Shown: positions 58,550 through 64,000 of the stretch, piece after piece
Layout of the letters: each line of letters begins with the position of its first letter
Numbering within the stretch: the first letter of the stretch is position 1
NCBI GenBank assembly: GCA_963664815.2
Contig: CAXXHB010000002.1
Location: forward strand, 64,001 to 128,000
DNA length: 64,000 nucleotides
Source: Spirochaetota bacterium
Lineage (GTDB): Bacteria; Spirochaetota; UBA4802; UBA5550
Direction: 5' to 3'
Program-made: the position numbers and the translations under genes
Notes under the pieces: generated by a model
The model's input: only the letters and a program-made list of their open reading frames with translations
The model's database searches: none
Told to the model about the DNA's origin: nothing

Positions 58550-60046
58550 CTACATAAACTGAGGTTCTTTGTAGGAATACATATCATGAACATGCCCCTC
58601 TCTCTGAGCCATTGCCGACCTTATTTCAAACCTGAGATCCTTTGAATAGAGCTTTTCATGAAGAGATTTAACATTCCTTATACCAATATCCTGAAATGAA
58701 TGCTTCAGTCCCTGAATGAGATAAGGGGCATAATCGTTCATTGAACCCTTATCCATCACCGCACCTGAAACTCCCTGGGCAACAATAATCTTTGCATCTT
58801 CGGCAAAGTATCTCTTTGAGCCGCCTGCCTCCATCGCTTCCATAGATGCCATCCCCCGGTATTTTTTCAGACGGACGCCGTTTTCGTAAAAATAATCACC
58901 GGGGGCCTCATTTGTTCCTGCAAACATTGACCCCATCATCGCCGTAGATGCACCCAGAGCCAGCGCTTTTGATATATGCCCGATATTGGCAATACCGCCA
59001 TCTGCAATAACCGGAATTCCCTTTTTATTTGAGAACCTTGCAGTCCGGTAAACCGCTGTTGCCTGCGGCCTTCCTACTGCCATAGTTGTCTGAGTTGTAC
59101 AGATGGAGCCGGGTCCCATCCCTATCCTGAGGGCATCAGCTCCCGCCTTTATAAGCATTTCACACTGTTCTTCAGTTACAACATTCCCTCCGATTATATC
59201 AATATCCGGATAGTTCTTTTTTATAAACTTTATCATTTCAATCTGGTAGATTGAATTTCCCTGTGCAGAATCTATTACTACAACATCAACTCCTGCTTCG
59301 TTCAATGCCGCGAGACGATCTTTCGATTCATCTTTTGTGGATATTGCCGCGCCTACTCTCAGCTGTTTCTTGCCGTCTTTTGTTGCAAGGGGAAACTCCC
59401 TGTTCTTAAGAAGATCACTTCTGCTTAATAAAGCAACAAGCCTCCCCTCCGCATCAATAATAGGAAGCTTACCCTTCTTGGAGGTTCTCAGAATATTATT
59501 TGCCTCTGACAATGCAATTCCCTCTTTTGCTGTAAGAATATCTTTTGTCATCACTTCTGAAAGAGGCCTTGTCCTGTTTTTTTCAAAATCTATATCCCTG
59601 TTTGTGACAATACCGACAAGTTTTGAGTTGAGTTTTCCGTTTTCTGTAATCGGAATCCCGGAAAAATTATACCTTGCTTTGATCATATCTATATCGCTTA
59701 TTTTATTCTGAGGGGACAGAACCATCGGTTTGTTGATAAAACCGTTTTCATATCTCTTGACCCTGCTCACAAGATCCGCCTGTTGCTCAATTGTATTATT
59801 GTAATGAACAATTCCTATCCCCCCCCAAAGCGCCAGGGCTATGGCCATCTCTGCTTCCGTCACTGTATCCATAGGGCTTGAAACAAAAGGACTTTTAATT
59901 TTGATATTTCTTGTCAGATTTGTTTCAAGGTTTACATCATCAGGGGCGAAATCGATATAGCCCGGTAGAATAATAAAATCATTATAGGCATAACCTGTCG
60001 GTGTTGTAAAAATCTCATCAGCTGAAAAACCATCTTTACTCTGCAT
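58550..60046 (-). CDS. guaB: IMP dehydrogenase with CBS pair (eukaryote-like sequence type)
   Basis: [37 protein letters not shown]. Confidence 0.95.
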   Translation of the reverse strand: MQSKDGFSADEIFTTPTGYAYNDFIILPGYIDFAPDDVNLETNLTRNIKIKSPFVSSPMDTVTEAEMAIALALWGGIGIVHYNNTIEQQADLVSRVKRYENGFINKPMVLSPQNKISDIDMIKARYNFSGIPITENGKLNSKLVGIVTNRDIDFEKNRTRPLSEVMTKDILTAKEGIALSEANNILRTSKKGKLPIIDAEGRLVALLSRSDLLKNREFPLATKDGKKQLRVGAAISTKDESKDRLAALNEAGVDVVVIDSAQGNSIYQIEMIKFIKKNYPDIDIIGGNVVTEEQCEMLIKAGADALRIGMGPGSICTTQTTMAVGRPQATAVYRTARFSNKKGIPVIADGGIANIGHISKALALGASTAMMGSMFAGTNEAPGDYFYENGVRLKKYRGMASMEAMEAGGSKRYFAEDAKIIVAQGVSGAVMDKGSMNDYAPYLIQGLKHSFQDIGIRNVKSLHEKLYSKDLRFEIRSAMAQREGHVHDMYSYKEPQFM

Positions 60047-60070
60047 ATTTAACCCCTAAAAAAATAAAAT

Positions 60071-60138
60071 GATATTAAACTCCATGCAGGCCCCCTTCGG
60101 GGGATTCGGGGGGCCCTTTGTGCATCGAGTTTAATATC
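60071..60138 (-). promoter_or_regulatory. GC-rich structured 5' leader of guaB
   Basis: Outer stem gatattaaactc/gagtttaatatc extended by atgca/tgcat; inner ggccccc/gggggcc stem. Confidence 0.55.
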
Positions 60139-60144
60139 TATACA

Positions 60145-60173
60145 ATATTAAAACAATATAAAAAACATGTCAA
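60145..60173 (-). promoter_or_regulatory. Putative sigma70 promoter for guaB
   Basis: Minus strand TTGACA (60173-60168), 17-nt spacer, TAATAT (60150-60145). Confidence 0.55.
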
Positions 60174-60369
60174 TGACCGAGATAATTTTTTACAACATTA
60201 TTTGTCAAGAAATAGATTTATTACCGGCAATAATTCCAAAAATATACTTTGATCCTAAAAAATATTTGTTGCGAATACAGGGATTAAGGCAATTTCTGTA
60301 TTTTATTAAATATTCTGTAAAATTCTTTAATTATGCCTTTGTATAACAGTTATTAAAAAAGAGGTATCT

Positions 60370-60732
60370 ATGGGCGATTGTAAAAGATGCGGCAGGTGCT
60401 GTCAGGATGTGCGGCTTGCTGAACCCCCTGAACTCCTTGAAAAAGCCTATAGCTACTGGAAAAGATCAAAACAGATTGACCCGAATTTTTCTGAAATCTA
60501 TCTGATTTACCCCATGCTTATATTTCTCTTTGAAAAACCGGAAGAGGATCTTCCATACCATTACAGCTGCAAGCATTTCTCAACTGACAAAGAAGGAATT
60601 CCGGCTTGTTCTATCCACCCGGTGAGGCCAAGAATGTGCAAAGATTTCCCATATTATGAAGATGTATCTCATCTTCAGGCGGAGGAGAATTTAAGCCCAT
60701 ACGAAAAGTGCGGATATAACGATCCGGATTGA
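60370..60732 (+). CDS. YkgJ-family CxxCxxCC cysteine-cluster protein
   Basis: CKRCGRCC, C.H, CSIH..RP.MC.DFP; GAGG SD. Confidence 0.85.
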   Translation: MGDCKRCGRCCQDVRLAEPPELLEKAYSYWKRSKQIDPNFSEIYLIYPMLIFLFEKPEEDLPYHYSCKHFSTDKEGIPACSIHPVRPRMCKDFPYYEDVSHLQAEENLSPYEKCGYNDPD

Positions 60733-61473
60733 TTACTTTTCTGCCGGAGGAAGATATTCATTATGAATATTAGACATCGCAGCATATATATTCCGCCTGG
60801 CATTTTTATCCATACTTACCATTCCGGCAAGAAGCCGTTTCGCCCCCGCTCTTCTTGTTTCTTCACCATGAGGGCAGGTCTTTAACTGAGGAGGGTATCC
60901 CTTCAGTACGGCATATTCCCTTATTTCATCCTCGCCAAGGAGTATAAGAGGGCGGATAAGATCAAACTCCCCGTTGAACATTGACAAAGACGGAGGCATT
61001 GAACTTATAGCACCACAGGATATCATATTCATAAGAAGAGTTTCTATAGCATCATCCATGTGATGCCCGAAGGCCAGTTTATTGCATCCATCTCTTTTAA
61101 CGAAATCGAACAGTTCTTTTCTCCTCAGCCATGAGCAGATAAAGCATATTGACTTGTTTTTTTCTCTCGTCAAATCCGCTTCAGTTTCAATTATGTGAAG
61201 AGGCACATTCAGTTTATCACAAAAGCTGTTAAGAAAATTCAGGTCAGTCTCATACCCTATATTTTTTACATGTATATGTATCGCCTTTACGTCGTATTTC
61301 ACAGGGAGTCTTTTTCTTCTCCCTGCAATTGTTTCAAGCATTACAAGCGAATCCTTCCCCCCGGAAAGGGCAACTGCCACTCTGTCATTTTCTCTGATCA
61401 TTGTATAGGTGTTTATAGCCTTCCCCGCGCTTTTTTCAATTTTTAAAAAATACTGCTCAGCGCTGCTTTTCAT
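60733..61473 (-). CDS. ttcA: tRNA 2-thiocytidine biosynthesis protein TtcA family
   Basis: PP-loop SGGKDS, CFICSWLRR, GHHMDD.IET, IRPL. Confidence 0.85.
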   Translation of the reverse strand: MKSSAEQYFLKIEKSAGKAINTYTMIRENDRVAVALSGGKDSLVMLETIAGRRKRLPVKYDVKAIHIHVKNIGYETDLNFLNSFCDKLNVPLHIIETEADLTREKNKSICFICSWLRRKELFDFVKRDGCNKLAFGHHMDDAIETLLMNMISCGAISSMPPSLSMFNGEFDLIRPLILLGEDEIREYAVLKGYPPQLKTCPHGEETRRAGAKRLLAGMVSMDKNARRNIYAAMSNIHNEYLPPAEK

Positions 61474-61489
61474 CTGTATTGTTTCAGAC

Positions 61490-64000
61490 CTATTTTTTCA
61501 GTAAATTCAGATTATAAATATTAAGCCTGTACCCATCCCAGTTTGAGGGATAACTATACCTGCTGTTTCTTTTAACCTTGTTAAGAGCTGCCGTAAATGA
61601 ACTCTGAAGAGATATACCCTTACATGCATTCCTGTAAAATTCTTCTATAAAAAGCGCATTGTTTGTATCCTGAACCGGCGAACTGTTCATCAGTGCAGCC
61701 TGCAGATTATAATCCCTTCCGGAAAGCAGGAAATCGTTAACTCCTGCCCCGCCGATTTCATCCGAAGGCGCAAAAAGAACAGCGTTTCCGCTTACTACAC
61801 TTCTGACAATCCTGCCCGAGACAGTATATTCTCTTCTCCCCTGGTTATACCTGATTTTATCAGACAAATGAATCATTCCGTTCCCCCGGCCAGGTTTTGT
61901 ATCAAAACCCGCTCCGGATTCTTTAATAGCAACCCTTCCGAGATATGCGGCCATTGCCTTGTTGCCATCCGGAAGAAAAATTTCTCTGGCAAACGGACTG
62001 CTCTCTGTTGAAGAGACCAGAAGTGAGGGAATATAAAGAAATATCGATTTATCCGAAATCATCTCTCCATCACCGGAAATTTCAAACGGAATCTTTTCTG
62101 AATCTGAATCGGGTGAAATAAGAATAACATTTTTACCCTTCATCATTGTATATAGAGGTGATAAAATATTTGCCAACTCTTTTGAAACGGCTGTCAGGTC
62201 TTTCCCTGACGCTGATGTATTTTTATATGTACTCTGCGTCTTCAGGAATGATGCGTAACCATTTTCAATTACAAACGCTTTCTTCGATTTTTTGTCCGCT
62301 GTCCATACAAAAAGGTCATCCCTTATTTTAGCAATATTAACATATAATCCGTTGTCAGGGAGGATACTCTGTACCGCCTCAATATCGATTGTCCCGGCAT
62401 ACTTAAACAGGTTTGTTCCACATCTTGATGATGCGATAAGAAGCTTTTTTACTTCATTATAATAATGGGCATCTGTATGCTGTCCGGTTCTCATTTTATA
62501 GTTGATGAACTCTTCAAATACACTCCCGGTCATATCCCTGTATCCCCTGCGGTTCAGCAGTTCAGTATCATGCTTAACAAGAGAAAGTGCCGATGAAAAG
62601 AGTTTCTCAAACTGGGCAGCATCTGCCATTGAAGCTTTTTTAAGTGAACTCAGCCTGTGAAGCTCAAGAAGCGAGAGCTGCAGGTTGAGCATATATTTTC
62701 TGTCAGGAGACAGATTTTTCATTTTAGTCAGGAGATTCCCTTTTATCTCAGCCTCCTTATATTTTTCAGATTTTATATAAAGATTCATTCGTAAAAGCAG
62801 CATATCAACATAGTTTTTATCTTCCGGGGAAAATTCCTCCTCCGCAGAAAGCGCTATATCGTAACTCTGCTGATAATCCCCCATAAGGTAGTAATTCAGC
62901 GATGCAGCCAGAACCGTTTCTCTCTTAACTGAATTAAATGATTTCTCCCTTGAGATTTTCAGAATATTATTCAGTATAAATACACGATCTTTATAGTTTT
63001 CCCTCTCTGAAAAAAAGTCATCAATTGTTTTCAGCAAAATCAGAGATGATAAACTATCCCCCTTTGATATTATCCCCTCAATATTTACTGACTTTCCGAA
63101 CTGCAGCAGATCCTCATCCGGAGTTTTTCCTTTCTGGCGTAATAATGTTTCAAGAACAGGATAAACAGAGAGTTCATCAAGACCTTTATCCCCGCGGACA
63201 AGCCTGAGCGCCTCATCCCTCTGGGCGGTAAGATCACTGGTGTTCCACAGATCTGCGATTCTGTCAAATCTGATAGATTTTCCATGTGGAGGTTTTACCC
63301 CGCTGATAATATTCCTCATAAGATGTTCACTCTTTGACAGATACGGATTTTCGGGTATCAGATCTGATATTTTAACGGCCCTGTCATCTTCAGCAAGAAA
63401 AAGATACTGTGCTGCCGGCATAATGTATCGTTCAGCAGGGAGGACAGTTTTATAAGGTTTCTTCAGCCCGGATAAGGTCTCCACTGCGGACAAATCCCCC
63501 TCTTTTATAATTCTTATCAGTGCAGTTAAAACTTTAACATCCTCCGGTACTCCATTCATTCCGGTAAAGCTGCCCAGCTCCTTCTCTGTATTATTTAAAT
63601 CCCCTGAATAAAAGCAGGAATATGCTTTTCTGATTTTCACCGCGTTTTTTTCATCATCATTTGCAGGAGTGAACGAATCGAGAACTGCCAGCGAATTTTT
63701 TATTCTGCCGCTTAAAAGCTCCATCAGCCATAAATTACCGATATACTCATTTGAATTTTTTTCCTTCTGAAGTGAATTCCATCTCGCCAGATGAACGGCA
63801 GCTTTTTTGAAATCCGCATTCTTCATACAGGAACTGAATTGAGAAAATTCCCTTTCCAGAACCTCGCGGTTATCAGCTTTAATATCGTTATATGTATTTA
63901 TATATCCCATAGTAAAAAATGGCACTGCCGGAATCATTACTTCTTTCCCGTATAATTTTTTTACTAATGGTAAAACAGTATCCCCCCCTTTTGCTGAAGT
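61490..64000 (-). CDS. Large TPR protein with degenerate CHAT-like C-terminal domain, 5'-partial
   Basis: Frame open to the window edge; ILISPD...IPFE, F.EEFY, AL..VK, YPSNW.GY pattern. Confidence 0.6.
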   Translation of the reverse strand, partial: TSAKGGDTVLPLVKKLYGKEVMIPAVPFFTMGYINTYNDIKADNREVLEREFSQFSSCMKNADFKKAAVHLARWNSLQKEKNSNEYIGNLWLMELLSGRIKNSLAVLDSFTPANDDEKNAVKIRKAYSCFYSGDLNNTEKELGSFTGMNGVPEDVKVLTALIRIIKEGDLSAVETLSGLKKPYKTVLPAERYIMPAAQYLFLAEDDRAVKISDLIPENPYLSKSEHLMRNIISGVKPPHGKSIRFDRIADLWNTSDLTAQRDEALRLVRGDKGLDELSVYPVLETLLRQKGKTPDEDLLQFGKSVNIEGIISKGDSLSSLILLKTIDDFFSERENYKDRVFILNNILKISREKSFNSVKRETVLAASLNYYLMGDYQQSYDIALSAEEEFSPEDKNYVDMLLLRMNLYIKSEKYKEAEIKGNLLTKMKNLSPDRKYMLNLQLSLLELHRLSSLKKASMADAAQFEKLFSSALSLVKHDTELLNRRGYRDMTGSVFEEFINYKMRTGQHTDAHYYNEVKKLLIASSRCGTNLFKYAGTIDIEAVQSILPDNGLYVNIAKIRDDLFVWTADKKSKKAFVIENGYASFLKTQSTYKNTSASGKDLTAVSKELANILSPLYTMMKGKNVILISPDSDSEKIPFEISGDGEMISDKSIFLYIPSLLVSSTESSPFAREIFLPDGNKAMAAYLGRVAIKESGAGFDTKPGRGNGMIHLSDKIRYNQGRREYTVSGRIVRSVVSGNAVLFAPSDEIGGAGVNDFLLSGRDYNLQAALMNSSPVQDTNNALFIEEFYRNACKGISLQSSFTAALNKVKRNSRYSYPSNWDGYRLNIYNLNLLKK

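Noticed and set aside
3018-63455. Many 60-140-aa ORFs overlapping longer genes on the antisense strand or in alternative frames
   Set aside because: Shadow ORFs of well-supported genes, with no motifs or SDs.

Overview
AT-rich bacterial chromosome segment, inferred to come from an anaerobic, Leptospira-related spirochaete. The evidence is spirochaetal-type lipoproteins, SBBP beta-propeller repeats, LipL45/FecR-like proteins, a short GlmU and O2-sensitive Fe-S/W enzymes. Housekeeping content: ispE-tRNA-Gln-glmU-prs-rplY-pth, mlaD-radA, hypF-hypA-hypB, SAM-I riboswitch-metX-metW, ruvA, guaB, ttcA, and rtcB-archease. Notable observations: (1) a 1906-aa SprA/T9SS-translocon-like outer-membrane protein; (2) a five-gene minus-strand surface locus at 39.1-47.1 kb, with a truncated FecR-type protein and an FN3/beta-barrel OMP sharing a small 'LxxGxxIxG' domain, a LamG lipoprotein, a phospholipase A2/beta-propeller lipoprotein and a parvulin foldase; (3) a Pth lacking its catalytic residues; (4) glmU apparently starting at AUC/AUA; (5) an unlisted 32-aa very basic ORF; (6) a GC-rich structured guaB leader; (7) a PlsA/Ger-type ether-lipid enzyme; (8) a GAPOR-like oxidoreductase; (9) a eukaryote-type IMPDH; (10) a 56-bp perfect GTAG-REP palindrome. 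No CRISPR array, rRNA or intact transposase was seen. All family calls are from motif recognition by eye, not database searches.
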